Source: Octopus vulgaris (Eukaryota). Taken from it: 64,000 bases of DNA. Below, in pieces: positions 1 through 12,819 of the stretch. How positions within the stretch are numbered: position 1 is the first letter of the stretch; every line of letters starts with the position of its first letter. Where the stretch lies: assembly GCA_951406725.2 (NCBI GenBank), contig OX597829.1, positions 37,820,001-37,884,000 on the forward strand. Direction: 5' to 3'. The position numbers and the translations under genes are program-made. The notes under the pieces are model-generated. The model saw only the letters and a program-made list of their open reading frames with translations. It was not told the origin of the DNA and did no database searches.

Positions 1-534
1 CAGGTAGAATATTAGGGCCAGATATATGGCGGGTTTAAATAAGAATTTTAAGAGAAAAGAATTCCTACTGAATATCATGTTAAATTTCCAATCAAGTAAT
101 ATATTTTACTAATTTACAATCAAATTTTTCATTTAGTGCAACTTTCCTTGAATTGATTTGAGAACCACAATCTTTAGTGGCTAGTGTGTTCCCTAATGCA
201 TGTTCCAAGAAAAATTTCTGGTGTTCCATAGGATAAGGTATCTTAAGGAAATGCAATAAAAATTTATTTTATAATTTTATTTTTTAAAAAATGGTGTGCA
301 CCATTTTAAAAATAAGTTTATAAGTTGTTGCCTTTTTTTTATATATATATATATATATATAAGAATAAATTTTAACTTTTATTTCATTTAACATCTTTTA
401 TTGCAATCACATGCAACTATTGCCCATAAATTATAGATATGGGTTTCATGATGTTTGGAAAGTTGTACAGTGAGTTCCAGGACAAAATGAGTTTAGGAAT
501 CAACAACCTAATGGATAACTGCATAATTACCCCG

Positions 535-852
535 TGTCAGGCTCACAATCATGAGGTAGTGAGTTTGATTCCCAGACCAGACTGTGTATTGTGTTCTTGA
601 GCAAGACACTTTACTTCACATTGCTCCAGTTCACTCAGTTCTAGAAATTAAATGCAACGTCACAAGTGCCAAGCTGTATCAGCCTTTCCCTTTCCCTTGG
701 GAAATATTGGTGGCATAGAGAGGGGAGTTTGGTATGCATGGGAAACTGCTGGTCTTCCATAAACAGCCTTGCCCAGACTTGTACCTTGGAGGGGAACTTT
801 CTAAGTGCATCTCATGGTTATTCATGACCGAAGGGAGTCTTTATACTTTACC
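535..852 (+). mobile_element. tRNA-derived SINE, family C (5'-truncated)
   Basis: B-box-like GAGTTTGATTCC, body gtgttcttgagcaagacactt, tail ...gaccgaagggagtctttatactttacc; homologous to 57280-57620. Confidence 0.75.
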
Positions 853-1289
853 TTAAGTTTATGCTTGAACCAGGTTCAGTACTGTGTACCACATTCAAGA
901 ATAAAACAGCTGATTATGACTAGAAAATAATCTAATTGTAACATAGTAGGATAGATCTAAATATACAAAACAAAAAAAAACATTTTTCTTTAAAAATAAA
1001 AAATTATAAATATTAGTATCTTTAGTGTTATAGAAGTATTTGTTGCAGTCTCTCAAAGAGTATTTTATTTTGATGTCATAATATTTTATATAAACTTTTT
1101 GAGAGAATGTGAAATAGTCCTTTTTTGGAGCAGAATATCTTGAGCACACACATAAAGCTATGAATAACAGCAAGTAAATATTGGATTTAAAAGATCTTTT
1201 CAAGTTAGAGATTGTCTTTGATGTTTTCTATCTAAAATAATTTTTCAACCTAATATTGAAGAAAACCCATCTACCACCGCAGAATTGAT

Positions 1290-1570
1290 ACCGATGCTAG
1301 TGCCACATAAAAGGTACTGGTGATGGTGCCACAAAAAAAAAAAGCACTGATGATTGTGTCATGTAAAAAGTACTGGAGATGTTGCCACATAAAAAGCACC
1401 AAGTATACTCTGTAAAATGGCTGACACTAGGAAGGGCATCCAGCCCTAGAAGCTATGCCAGAGCAGACATTTGGAGCCTGGTGTGGACCCACCCTACCAG
1501 CTCCTGTCAAACCATCCAACCCATGCTGGCATGGAAAACAGACGTTAAATGTGACAATAAATGACAATGA
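1290..1570 (+). mobile_element. 3' tail of RTE-like LINE / partner SINE with short tandem units
   Basis: gtgccacataaaaagcac units, then ggaagggcatccagc...aacccatgctggcatggaaaacagacgttaaat; same tail as 17697-18000 and 40150-40325. Confidence 0.7.
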
Positions 1571-2346
1571 TTTACACGTTATTATTTATAGCTTTATGTA
1601 ATTGCTTCCAAAAAAGCTTGTTTTATATATTGCTATTTTACATGAAGCTGTGTCCTTCAGCTTTTTAATTTTGAGAGTTTCGTGGATCAACTGAGAAAGA
1701 GAAAGAGAGTGAGTGAGTGAGTGACTGAGTGAGTAAGAGTAAGAACCATATTAAATACACAGAATAAATCAACCTCATGGAATCATGCAGAAAGCCAGTT
1801 AAGCAATGACAACCAGATATATCGATAAAACTGTGAGTTTACTCCCGTCCCCTCCTCATTACCCTTTGTCTCTAAAAATCATTAGATATTCTAAGGATGA
1901 CCATATGCTATGTCTACATGCACAAACCTGTTCCTATACATAACTACTAGTTAAGACACTGAAGTTCTAGCAATTTGTTTTTTTGGTCTTTTGGTAATGC
2001 ATAATTTTGTGAAAAATGTCATTGATTATGAGGTTTCTTATAATGGACCAAATTTGTTTGAAAGCACCAGTTTACTTGTTTTGTTTTTATCTGATGACAT
2101 ATATATCAGTGAAACAAGATGCACAGTGACTGTGCATGTGCACCTGTGCAAGTGTATGCATGCAAGACTAGCTTTGGCAGATTCCATCACCAACTTCTGC
2201 TTGCAAAGCACTGGTCAACACAAAACCACTAGTCTGAAGTGCTGCACAGTAGAACTGAACTCAAGACCAGCCTGGTTGTAAAGTTGACTTTTTAACAACA
2301 CAGCCAATCCTGCTTTTCATTTGTTTAGCCTCGGCTAAGTTTTAAT

Positions 2347-2402
<56 letters not shown>

Positions 2403-3560
2403 TCCCCACCCACATAGATACACATGCATACATACATGACCAAAGGCAGCCAGTCATGACCATCTAGACTTTATTAAGATGCAATCCGACTAGGGCCACA
2501 TTATCCAACATTTCCTTTTTCTTATGATAGTAGGGTGTATTTGATGGATATTTCATTGCTATTTCTAACATTTGAGCAACCCAATTAGGCTCACTCCATT
2601 TGTGGTGGTCCTGGAACAGGTAGTTAGCTCTAGTAACCTCAGCTTGATAACCATTTAATCAAAGCTTTTGGCTACCATAATATCTCTTATTGCATACCAT
2701 TAGGTATTACAGTATGTTAAGAAAGCAAAGAAAAATGCAATTCTTAGTCATCAACAATGTGTTGTTTCTGTTTGTGCACTAACTTCATCTTCTAATGTAA
2801 TTAAAATTAAAAAGTAAGTGAAAACCTTAATCATATCCCAGTGCCTATGTTAAAAAAAAGTACGAGTGAGTAATACAAAACAACATCAATACTTCTAGCA
2901 CAGATATTTACCATATATAGAAGAAACACAACAGAAGACAGATATGAAGCCAGAATGTTTTTTTTCCCCTTACATTTTTCTTTTCTTTTTTTTTTGAAGG
3001 AGGAAGAGAGAGTTCCACAATTACAATATTCAGTTTTGAAAAACAACCACGACACATAATAAAAGAGATAAGCATACCTTTTTGTTGTAACCTTCCTGAC
3101 CCGTCAGGTAACATGAACACTTTGGTTCGTTAACATAGTTCCTATAACCAATATGGTTATTCTCATTGCTGTTATTATTTCCACCACTTCGCCTATCCAT
3201 TATATATTAATATTGTGAAATATTTCCAGACTGAAGTGATATGGTCTGCCATCATGTTTCACCCAAAAAGCAGTTACTATCAGCATTTGTTAATTTTTGC
3301 ATCTCAGAGCTACATGCATCCATGATTTTATTTTATGATAATAGTTATGATTTGATTAATTGGTGTTAGTCATATCCAAACAACAAAGTTTATATCATAG
3401 TTTAGTTGTCACTCTCTACATATGGGCAATTATTTCCTGTTAATAGAGGGACAACCTCGTGAAAGAAACTTCAACTGTGTAATAAATGTGGCAAACAACC
3501 AGAAAGTCTGTTGAGCAATTTACTGTTTAAACCATTCTCACTTTTTTTTTTTCCTAACAG

Positions 3561-3620
3561 CACAACTAATTAATACATTAAATGAAGATCTCCTTTGTAA
3601 TCAAGGAAGAGAAAGGATTG
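3561..3620 (+). CDS. candidate 60-nt internal exon (phase 1/1) of an unidentified host gene, xQLINTLNEDLLCNQGRERIx
   Basis: Polypyrimidine tract tttttttttttcctaacag acceptor, G|gtgagt donor, length a multiple of 3, open frame, non-repetitive sequence. Product not recognised. Confidence 0.4.
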
Positions 3621-4089
3621 GTGAGTTTTCAGCCAACACCTATTTATGTTTGTCATCTTTAGTAAATCAGAACAAATAGCTCTATAACACCATTCTGAAG
3701 ATGGCCAAAGCTTGTGGTACAAGGCCAGTCAGTAGACTTACTTCCTTTTGCATAGAATTACATTCCATTCCTAAACTAACATTATGAACAATTAGAGAAC
3801 AAAAGAAACTATAGAAGGCTCAATTGTCAATTGGTCAACAGGCTTTCTGGTTATTTGTTTAAGCAAGCAATATATAAACTCAGAGTCACACACATGTATG
3901 TTAGTATACAAAAAAACATGAGGAAAGGTATTCAATGCAGTACTATTATTATTATTATTATTAACAATACTACTAATTATTTTTTATTAACCAACAAGGG
4001 TTGACAAAAACATCAAGGATGACACAAAGCATCAGTGTGGGATAACAAAAAGAAAATATGTAAAAAGTGAAAATAACAGAAACAAAAAT

Positions 4090-5335
4090 ATTTAAAAAAT
4101 GGCTTTCCAAATGGAAGGTGGCTACTTGAGGAAACCCTACAAAACTGCCACCTTGGTCGCTGCAGCATGTGTCCTTGCCAGTTGTCCTACTTCAGTTTAG
4201 AAGCACATGCGTCAGAGCAGGACCCTTCACTTGGACTGTGCTTACCACTTTCAATCGCATTTCAACAAATTTGCTATAAAACAGTACATTTCTCTCTGCC
4301 CCCACTTTCCTTTACTTGAAAAAGTTGATGAGGTCTTGGCTAATGAGGAAGGGGTCTGTCTTTAGCTCTTTCAGATTTGTCCAACACACAACGACTTTCA
4401 CTAAAGTCTTCAGAAAGATAAACATTACCAGACCTCAGCCAAATGATGGTAGCAGGATAATCTTCATAATAAACTCAGCTGATAACAGGATCCACCCAAC
4501 ATAGCAGCAGGTGTATGGTATAACTCCACAAGGTGAGCTGGCAGAAACGTTAGCACACCGGGCGAAATGCATAGCCGTATTTCATCTGCCATTACCTTCT
4601 AAGTTCAAATTCCGCCGAGGTCGACTTTGCCTTTCATCTTTTTGGGGTCGATAAATTAAGTACCAGTTACACACTGGGGTCGATGTAATCGAATTGATCC
4701 ATTTGTCTGTCCTTGTTTGACCCCTCTGTGTTTAGCCCCTTGTGGGTAGTAAAGAAATAGGTATAACTCCACAAGTCAGCAATGCGTAGGCACTGAACGG
4801 GTGCTTGTGGAACAGTTTCACCACGGTTCATGCATCTTTGATAGGCCTAGCTGATGGCACTTCCATGCCTTCGGAGTTTATCTCGATCAATATCCGCTGG
4901 TAGCATTGTCAGGCCAAGGATTTTGGAAATTATCCATGGGCACTAGTCTGACAGTCTTCCAGAACAGACCAGCTAGTTGATTTTCATCACTGCCCAGAGT
5001 TTTGCTTGGCTTGTCATTGCTAATCATGGTTCTGTCTGAGATGATTGTAGAACAGCGAAACCATTTTGCATGCGTCTATTCAGCATTCAGACATTGCTGA
5101 CTCGCAGAGTTATGTTAGACAGCAAGAAAGAAACAATCATTGGCTAAATCCATTGTGATGATTGCCACAAAGCCACCCTGTAACTGGGAAGGGAAAGCAG
5201 TTTTCCTCTGTTTGGTGGCTGTAGCATAAGTTGTGTATTGGACAAAGCTGAAAGGTCTAAAGACACACTTTCCCTCTTTGGTCAAGCTTCCTTCCCCACT
5301 CAACTTCTGAAAGATCATCAATTATTATCTGTATA
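4090..5335 (-). mobile_element. decayed L1/Tx1-like LINE ORF2 3' region, interrupted by a SINE
   Basis: Minus strand gives frameshifted FQKSLA*QCYQR..RHGSAIS and GETVPQAPVQC, resembling the Tx1/L1 C-terminal zinc-knuckle region. Confidence 0.5.
4531..4764 (+). mobile_element. tRNA-derived SINE, family B, with 16-bp TSD
   Basis: gagctggcagaaacgttagc head, B box AAGTTCAAATTCC, central gcctttcatc...ggggtcgataaattaagtaccag domain; ggtataactccacaag at 4517-4532 and 4760-4775. Confidence 0.9.
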
Positions 5336-5345
5336 CAGCATACTA

Positions 5346-5729
5346 TACTCTTTTACTTGTTTCAGTCATTTGACTGCGGCCATGCTGGAGCACCACCTTT
5401 AATCGAGCAACTCGACCTCGGGACTTATTCTACTGTAAGCCCAGTACTTATTCTATTGGTCTCTTTTGCCGAACTTCTAAGTAACGGGGACATAAACACA
5501 CCAGCATCGGTTGTCAAGCAATGCTAGGGGGACAAACACAAACACACATACACGCATATATATATACGGCAGGCTTCTTTCAGTTTCCGTCTACCAAATC
5601 CACTCACAAGGCTTTGGTCGGCCCAAGGCTATAGTAGAAGACACTCGCCCAAGGTGCCACGCAGTGGGACTGAACCCGGAACCATGTGGTTGGTAAACAA
5701 GCTACTTACCACACAGCCACTCCTGCGCC
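5346..5729 (-). mobile_element. tRNA-derived SINE, family A (CORE-like, octopus OR2-like), full length
   Basis: A box TGGCTGTGTGG, B box GGTTCAGTCC, CORE-like ccttgggcgagtgtcttct, central microsatellite, tail ...gactgaaacaagtaaaagag; >10 copies in the window. Confidence 0.9.
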
Positions 5730-5842
5730 TATAATATATCTTTTTTTTTTTTCTCACATTTAACTTTCTATATAAAGCCCAATAATTTATTATATCAGTC
5801 TTTTTAATTGACCCCATAGTGGCAAGTAAATCATCATCATCA

Positions 5843-6045
5843 ATGAGCTGGCAGAATTATTAATACACTGAGGAAAAGGGTTAGTGGCATTTTGTCCATC
5901 ACTACATTCTGAGTTCAAATCCCACTGAAATTGACTTTGCCTTTAATCCTTTTGGGATCAAATAAGTGCCAATTACACGCTGGATCCAATATAATCAACT
6001 TATTCTTTCCCCACAAATTTCAGACCTTGGCTATAGTAGAAAGAA
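5843..6045 (+). mobile_element. older family-B-related SINE followed by (ATT)n
   Basis: gagctggcagaatt...gagttcaaatccc...ttgactttgcctttaatcc. Confidence 0.7.
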
Positions 6046-6399
6046 TTATTATTATTATTTTTATTATTATTATTGTTATTATTATTATTATTATTATTCA
6101 GCAACTTGGATGGAGCAGAGTTGCAAAACGGCTTTTTCCATCTGTTGTTGATAGTTTTTCCTGTTAACCTCAACTTCTATTCAATCAGTCTGAAGTTCTC
6201 ACCTAAATTCCATTTCTCAGACTTATAGATATATTTAATTTCCTGTCATGGCTTTTGTGAGATTTCTGCTTTTATTGCCAAATGATGAGGTGGTGTTTTA
6301 CATAGCATCATGTTTCTAAAATATACACCATTATAATCTATCTTTCAGATAGAAAGCCAAGTATACAAGTATACAAGCTTAAAGAGAAAGAGATGGAAG

Positions 6400-6790
6400 G
6401 TAGTAGGTAAATAGGTAGGTAGGTAGATGATAGAGGGAAGATAGTTAGCTAGCAAGGTAGCTAGCTAGACAGGAAGCTGGCTAGAAAGATAGATATGCAA
6501 CCAGACAAATAAACAACAGACAATTTGTCTGACAGACTGACAAACATATGTAGACAGACAGGCTGACACATAGATGAACAAACAAACAGATATGTGAACA
6601 GAATGCATTCATGTACACAGATGTGCAAAGAGACAGGCAGATACATAGAGAAACATAGGAAGACAGACATGTAGACAGACAGAGAGACAGAATGTAGACA
6701 TACAGGCAGACATGTAGACAAGACAGAGTAAGTACCAGAGGTGAGGAGGTAAGTCAGTAGAATAGCATATATATATATAGCTAAATATGC
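6400..6790. repeat. low-complexity (AGAC/TAGG)n tract
   Basis: Degenerate tetranucleotide repeats; explains ORF 6461-6796. Confidence 0.85.
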
Positions 6791-7259
6791 AAGCATAAAG
6801 GTATGTCTGTAGGTAGGTTTAGAAAGGTAGGACGATGAAGTGTTAATTGACAGTTCTATAACTTATTTCCAACTAATTCAGGCCCTTATACATTTCTAGA
6901 CTTTTATTGCCACTACTAATTAGATTAGCCTAGTTCTGAAATCCCCAAAGCTTGATCCGAGTGCTCCTCCGTCTATCTGTTAGTTATGACAATGCACTTA
7001 ACTGCACCAAAAATACCTGTTCTACCTTTGTAAATTAACACCTGGTGAGTGAAAAATATGCTGGGCTGCCAATTCCCTCCAGTGAATTTCAATGTATTAT
7101 GATCCTTATATACTAACAAATCCACTTTGGCTTCACTACCACCACTACTACTGGTGGTGGTGATGGTAGTAGTAGTAGTAGTTTGTTTAATCAAAGAATC
7201 TACAGTAGATTGACTAACTGGATAGATACAAAATGAATTGGACACAATATGATCAATTG

Positions 7260-7470
7260 CCTAACCCGCTACATATAGCAGCCAAATATCTCAAATTACA
7301 TATTAGTCTTAAAAATATTAAAAAATAATTTTTAAAAAATGGAAGAACACATTGGATAACGTAGTTCAAGGTTCACTATCTGAGTAAAAGATGAGATAGT
7401 CAAGGCTGGAAAGCCTTTGATCATTAGTCTGTATATCAGGGCTATCCTAGATTAAATAACAAAAACAACA
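7260..7470 (+). mobile_element. old retroelement tail, family D (atagcagccaaat...ggctggaa.gcctttgatc...ctaaacaacaa)
   Basis: Diverged copies near 2440-2600(-), 9730-9910, 10600-10690, 25600-25800(-), 25870-25955, 34070-34210, 44630-45020, 62330-62530. Confidence 0.6.
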
Positions 7471-8444
7471 CAAAAAAAGCACACGTCCCAAAGAATTTAT
7501 ACATCTTGTGTGTATAGACACATGTGAACATTCTTAAGAAAACTGCTTTTCAGCAAAATTACATCTTGTATGCGTTCTACCCAAGTTTGGTAGATTTCTT
7601 TATCACTCCTATTGCAAGAAATACAGTGAGCTATTAGAAACTTAAAATCAATGACACTACTGTTTCCAAAATGAAATATAAATTAATATAAAAAGGAATA
7701 GCAGTTGTAATTGTTATGCATGTTATTGTTCTTGAAGTCTCAAAGACTTCTCAGCTCAAACAGATGTATAGCATGTTGGTAATGGATTTAATACGCAAGC
7801 AAGACACGCCACAAGTTTTTCATCCAGCTCTTACCGTAGCTCTGTCCAATATTATATCATTCAATAATTGCATACAATTAGCTTAATTACCACTATTTCT
7901 CATAAAGCCTTAGAGACATTTTATAAAACATTAAGGTTCTAGACAAACACAGTCAGGATATGCTACCCAATTCCATTAGCAAAAATTAACAGTTAAGATA
8001 ATTCTTCAAAGCCTGTAACAATCAACTGATGAAGGTGTCCTACATGAAATGCCATTGTTTATCTCTTAATTTTTATACTTATCATTTACAACATAGACCT
8101 AGAATCCTACTGTTTCACTATAATACAAACCACAGGACTAAGAGAGCCCTAGTTCCTTAAATCCTTTAAACTGCTACTGATTCTTTGATACAAAACCACC
8201 TTACATTATATAAGACCTTTTTGCTAAATTACATTCCAAACTTCAAATTAAAGTAAAATGGATCTGTTGATATCAGCAATGAAATTAGCATGTAAGACAC
8301 CCCACAAGTCTTTTATTCAATTAGCATGTATGTGGCCAGCCATTCGGTACTATAACTAAATACAGAAGTACAGTACTGTTCTAGTCAACAGTTTAAAATA
8401 AAATGGGCTTCCATCAGTTTTCATGATGAATATTCATCAATATA

Positions 8445-8849
8445 GGCGCAGGAGTGGCTGTGTGGTAAGTAGCTTGTCTACCAACCACATGGTTCCTGGT
8501 TCAGTCCCACTGCGTGGCATCTTGGGCAAGTGTCTTCTACTATAGCCTCGGGCCGACCAAAGCCTTGTGAGTGGATTTGGTAGACGGAAACTGAAAGAAG
8601 CCCGTCGTATATATGTATATATATATATGCGTGTGTGTGTTTGTGTGTCTGTTTGTCCCCTAGCATTGCTTGACAACCGATGCTGGTGTGTTTATGTCCC
8701 TGTTACTTAGCGGTTCAGCAAAAGAGACCGATAGAATAAGTACTGGGCTTACAAAAGAATAAGTCCCGGGGTCGAGTTGCTCGATAAAAGGCGGTGCTCC
8801 AGCATGGCCGCAGTCAAATGACTGAAACAAATAAAAGAGTAAAAGAGTA
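8445..8849 (+). mobile_element. SINE family A, full length
   Basis: ggcgcaggagtggctgtgtggtaag...aaataaaagagtaaaagag; highly similar inverted copy of 5346-5729. Confidence 0.92.
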
Positions 8850-8880
8850 AACTGCTCGTTAGATTAGCATGTAATTAGAA

Positions 8881-9152
8881 ATGCTGAACATTCCACAGAC
8901 ATTGATGTAATTTTTCAGGCAGAATAAGCGGGACACAGCATGTGATGGCAGATCATTAGGTTATACATAGAGTATGACCAACAAGCTTCCACACAATTTC
9001 TGCTTATCCATTTTCATGCTGAACATTCCACAGACATTGATGTAATTTTTCAGGCAGAATAAGCGGGACACAGCATGTGATGGCAGATCATTAGGTTATA
9101 CATAGAGTATGACCAACAAGCTTCCACACAATTTCTGCTTATCCATTTTCAT
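8881..9152 (+). repeat. 135-bp direct tandem duplication
   Basis: 8881-9015 repeated at 9016-9150 (atgctgaacattccacagac...tatccattttc). Confidence 0.9.
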
Positions 9153-9468
9153 TCACAAGGCTTGAGTTGACAACCCACATATACCCCTGGTTGTGCTTTT
9201 TACAATGCAAAACCTACTCCTGCTTGTTTGGACATGAACTCACCGAGAAGCATCTGGCAGAGCATAAGAAATGTTCTGTAGTCAACACCCGCAGCTAACA
9301 GTTGCATATTGCCCTTCCCTTCCCTTCCAGATTGTGAAAGCTTACCATAATGTTTAATCTAAATACAGTGAAATTTTAAGACTTCATTTTTTTATGGGCA
9401 TATATGGGCATATATGGGCATATATGGGATAAGTACACTTTGCTCAGGATACTGCAAAATGTCATTAA

Positions 9469-9672
9469 CCCTTTTAATACTGTATTTTTGTTGAGATGCT
9501 CTGTGTTTTTTCAATTACTTTAAATATAACAAAATATTTAGTAAAATAACTTAATTATCATTCAGCTAGTGTTAGGAACATAAATTGTGACTAAGGTTTG
9601 GTGGAAGATTTTAATTCAAAACTTATGTACTCAGAGCCAGAGTCGGTTTCAGCCGGGTTGGTAACGAAAGGG
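9469..9672. mobile_element. piggyBac-like MITE, family 1
   Basis: TTAA|CCCTTT...GTAACGAAAGGG|TTAA; second copy at 23320-23540. Confidence 0.85.
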
Positions 9673-10813
9673 TTAAATGATACAAACCAAAGAAAGAGAC
9701 TAGCCCAACATGTTAGAAATAGACTTGTCCAACATGTTAGAAATAGACTTGTCCAACACGTTAAAGCAACCAAATTTCTTTCCAGTCACACGGTACCATT
9801 TCAAAGAAGGAAAGAACTGGATAATGTAATCTAAAAAAGATGAAATGGTCAAAGCTGGAACACTTTTGATTATGGATTTGATCAATTAGGGACGATCAAC
9901 AACTACAACAACAAATAGTTGGACAAAATTAGTTTGGAATAGGATTTTATAAATTTCTTTCAAATTCTAACGTATTTAAAAAAATTAATTAAAATCCGAA
10001 GAGCTTCATTAAAATATAGTCAAGTGTTAAAATGGAGACCATATATTTCATGACTAAATTTTAGAACAAAAACATAGCATTGCCACAATCCAAATCAGAT
10101 GTTTTACTTGACCAGATATAGGTAGAGCATACATTTATTGCTATGGGCCTAATAAGAAAAACCACTATGAGCTAATCTGTGTGCTAGAAATAACAACCAA
10201 ATATCTTAGATATCTACAAAAGAAGTCCTAGATAGAGGCATAGGAAGACAGACATGTAGACAGACAGAGAGACAGAATGTAGACATACAGGCAGACATGT
10301 AGACATTGATTTTCCATAATGTTTGGTTCCAAAAGCCTTTCCAGACTACTGATTTTTCTGAACTAGGGACAGTCACCTTGGTCAAAACACACTAAATTAA
10401 ATATTAATTCACTTAATTAAATAAAATACAGGAAGCTATACATTATTATAAATGATAAAGTTTATTATTAACACTGTACACAGTACCAGTAAAATAGTCT
10501 AGTGGCTGTGGGAATTTTAAGTTCCTGCACATATATTAGCATAGATTAAAAGAGGTTCTGGTCAATTAGTATCCAGAAAGTTGGTGCTATACAAATATCC
10601 GCAAAATGTAGACTGGTCATGGCTGAAAGAAATTTGATCATAAATCTTACTGTTTAAGGCTGGCTTGTGGCTAAACAACATAGAGATAACAATAGATACT
10701 CAGGGAAAACTAGTGATCAAAACTACTGATAGTAAACATCAGAAAATAGTTTGTTTGTTTTTTTAAATGGAAAATAAATCTTACATTATGAGGACAAAGA
10801 TAAATGAAATATA

Positions 10814-10960
10814 GGCATAGGAGTGGCTGTGTGAGCCACATGGTTCCGGGTTCAGTCCCACTGCGTGGCACCTTGGGCAAGTGTCTTCTACTATAGCCTC
10901 GGGCTGACCAAAGCCTTGTGAGCGGATTTGGTAGACAGAAACTGAAAGAAGCCCGTTGTA

Positions 10961-11009
<49 letters not shown>

Positions 11010-11245
11010 GTGTATGTATGTGCGTTTATATGTTTGTGTGTCTGTGTTTGTCACCCCCAACATCGCTTGACAACCGAAGCTGGTGTGTTTACGTCCCCGT
11101 AACTTAGCGGTTCGGCAAAAGGGCCCGATAGAATAAGTACTAGGCTTCCTGGGGTCGATTTGCTCAACTAAAGGCGGTGCTCCAGCATGGCCACAGTCAC
11201 ATGACTGAAACAAATAAAAGAGTAAAAGAGAGAGAGTAAAAGAGT
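10814..11245 (+). mobile_element. SINE family A
   Basis: Same head, microsatellite and tail; two small internal deletions. Confidence 0.9.
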
Positions 11246-11839
11246 ATTTCAGTCACAACTTTTCGTGACAAATGTCTCTGCTTGGAACATTAGATGTCTC
11301 TTCTTCCACATAACACAAACATTATTTCACTATCTGAACAGAAACATAGGCTTGCTCAAGAAAAGACAACAAGACCACAGATGCAACGACACAATATCTA
11401 TTCTAAATATCAAATCCATTACTAACTTTTATGAAACACTTATAACACACCTAATTTCCTTATTGGTATTTGGTACTCAGCCAAATGCATGCTCTGCTGT
11501 TTGATGGAAACCTGATACAGTCACTTATTGTTAAATAGTTCTTCTGTAGCTTTGTCATAAGAAATAAGATACTTCCACTCCTCCTGTAACAAACCTGTGT
11601 TCACCTTAACAATTGTAAATCTATAACGCTACTCACTTCAGTATACAGCTTGTTTATTTTAAACTATCATCTTATCTATATTTTTTTTCACCACACTGTA
11701 TAATAGGAAGCCTCAAGTTTATATGCACAGAGACTGCATTTACTTTGCAATATTCCTCCGCTTTCATTCAGAAAATTATCAATCTTCACCTAATTCATTA
11801 ATATATTAGTCATGTCAGTTACAAGACACATCTCATGGA

Positions 11840-12200
11840 TGCTCTGAAATGCATCATTGGTAATGTTCTTGGGATCTTATAGAGGGAGTTTCAGGTATTT
11901 CAAAATCAGACTCCTTCTCCCAATTGGGATTGACAAAAGTCCCAGCTTGCCTCTCAGCAATAGCAAACCACTGCTTTATCCTCTCTATCCAAATCCATCT
12001 AGTGGCCTTCTCTGCAGTTTCATTGATGGAATATTTAGCCTTCTTTGTCACTGCACCAGTAACTCCAAGCCTGGTGAAAGCTTTGCAGAGTAAACACCCA
12101 ACAAAACCTTGGCGACTTGCTTCAGTTAGCTTGCAACATGCCTGCCAGCCTTGGCTTCTCTGCATTGCTTTACCAGCTAATGCATTTACAAATTTTCAGG
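11840..12200 (-). mobile_element. 3' fragment of an RLE-type non-LTR retrotransposon (HERO-like)
   Basis: ORF 11854-12165 GWQACCKLTEASRQGFVGCLLCKAFTRLGVTG...INETAEKATRWIWIER matches the pattern of the HERO-type C-terminus (P.EVGCRGF...AAE.ASRWLW). Confidence 0.65.
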
Positions 12201-12234
12201 TTGATTTTTTTTCTACTTTTACTATTGGACAAAC

Positions 12235-12545
12235 TAATAATAATTTGGAATATGAAAAGCATAAAAGTCGTGCCTATAATAGTTGGTGCATTGGGAACTC
12301 TAAATAAAGATACTGACAAATGGTTGAAAGAGACTAAAATAGAAGGTCCTGTAGAACTTCTACAGAAAGTTTGCCTCTCAGGGACAGGAAAGATTATCAA
12401 GAGAGTTCTAAGCTACTGAAAGACTATTGAAAGATAGTGGCTATCTAAGATTACAGATAATAATCCACTACCCACATAAATCCTACCAGGAATAAGACTG
12501 AGCCCAAGTTAAATCAATAATATTAAGAATAAATAAATAAATAAA
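12235..12545 (+). mobile_element. 3' fragment of an R4/Dong-like RLE retrotransposon
   Basis: WNMKSIKVVPIIVGALGT...VELLQKVCLSGTGKIIKRVL is the typical R4/Dong C-terminus; ends in (TAAA)n. Confidence 0.75.
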
Positions 12546-12819
12546 TGACAATATCTTTCATCTTTTACTGGTTTCATTCATTGGACTGCAACCATGCTGG
12601 AGCACTGCTTTGAAGTCTTTTAGTAGAATGAATTAATTCCAGTATAAAATATTGAAGAAATATTTTTAAAAAGTATTCATTTTTATTTGATATAAAATAA
12701 ATTCTAAATACTTAAAGTCATGTGCCAGCAATATTTTCTTTTTATTAATTCTTTAAGAAACCCTTCTGATAATTAATTAATTAAAAGCTTGATTACTGTA
12801 TATTCTTTTGTTTGTTTCA

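Noticed and set aside
853-957. Minus-strand acceptor/donor pair suggesting an exon
   Set aside because: Stops in all three frames, and the donor lies in a SINE tail
2091-2120. CTGATGA...GAAAC motif (also CTGATGA on the minus strand near 39702 and 42617)
   Set aside because: No consistent helices or no downstream GAAA; expected by chance
8021-8060. caa-CTGATGA-aggtgtcctacat-GAAA-tgccattg, hammerhead-like
   Set aside because: Helices I and III are weak, no NUH triplet, no recognisable element context; possible relic but unsupported
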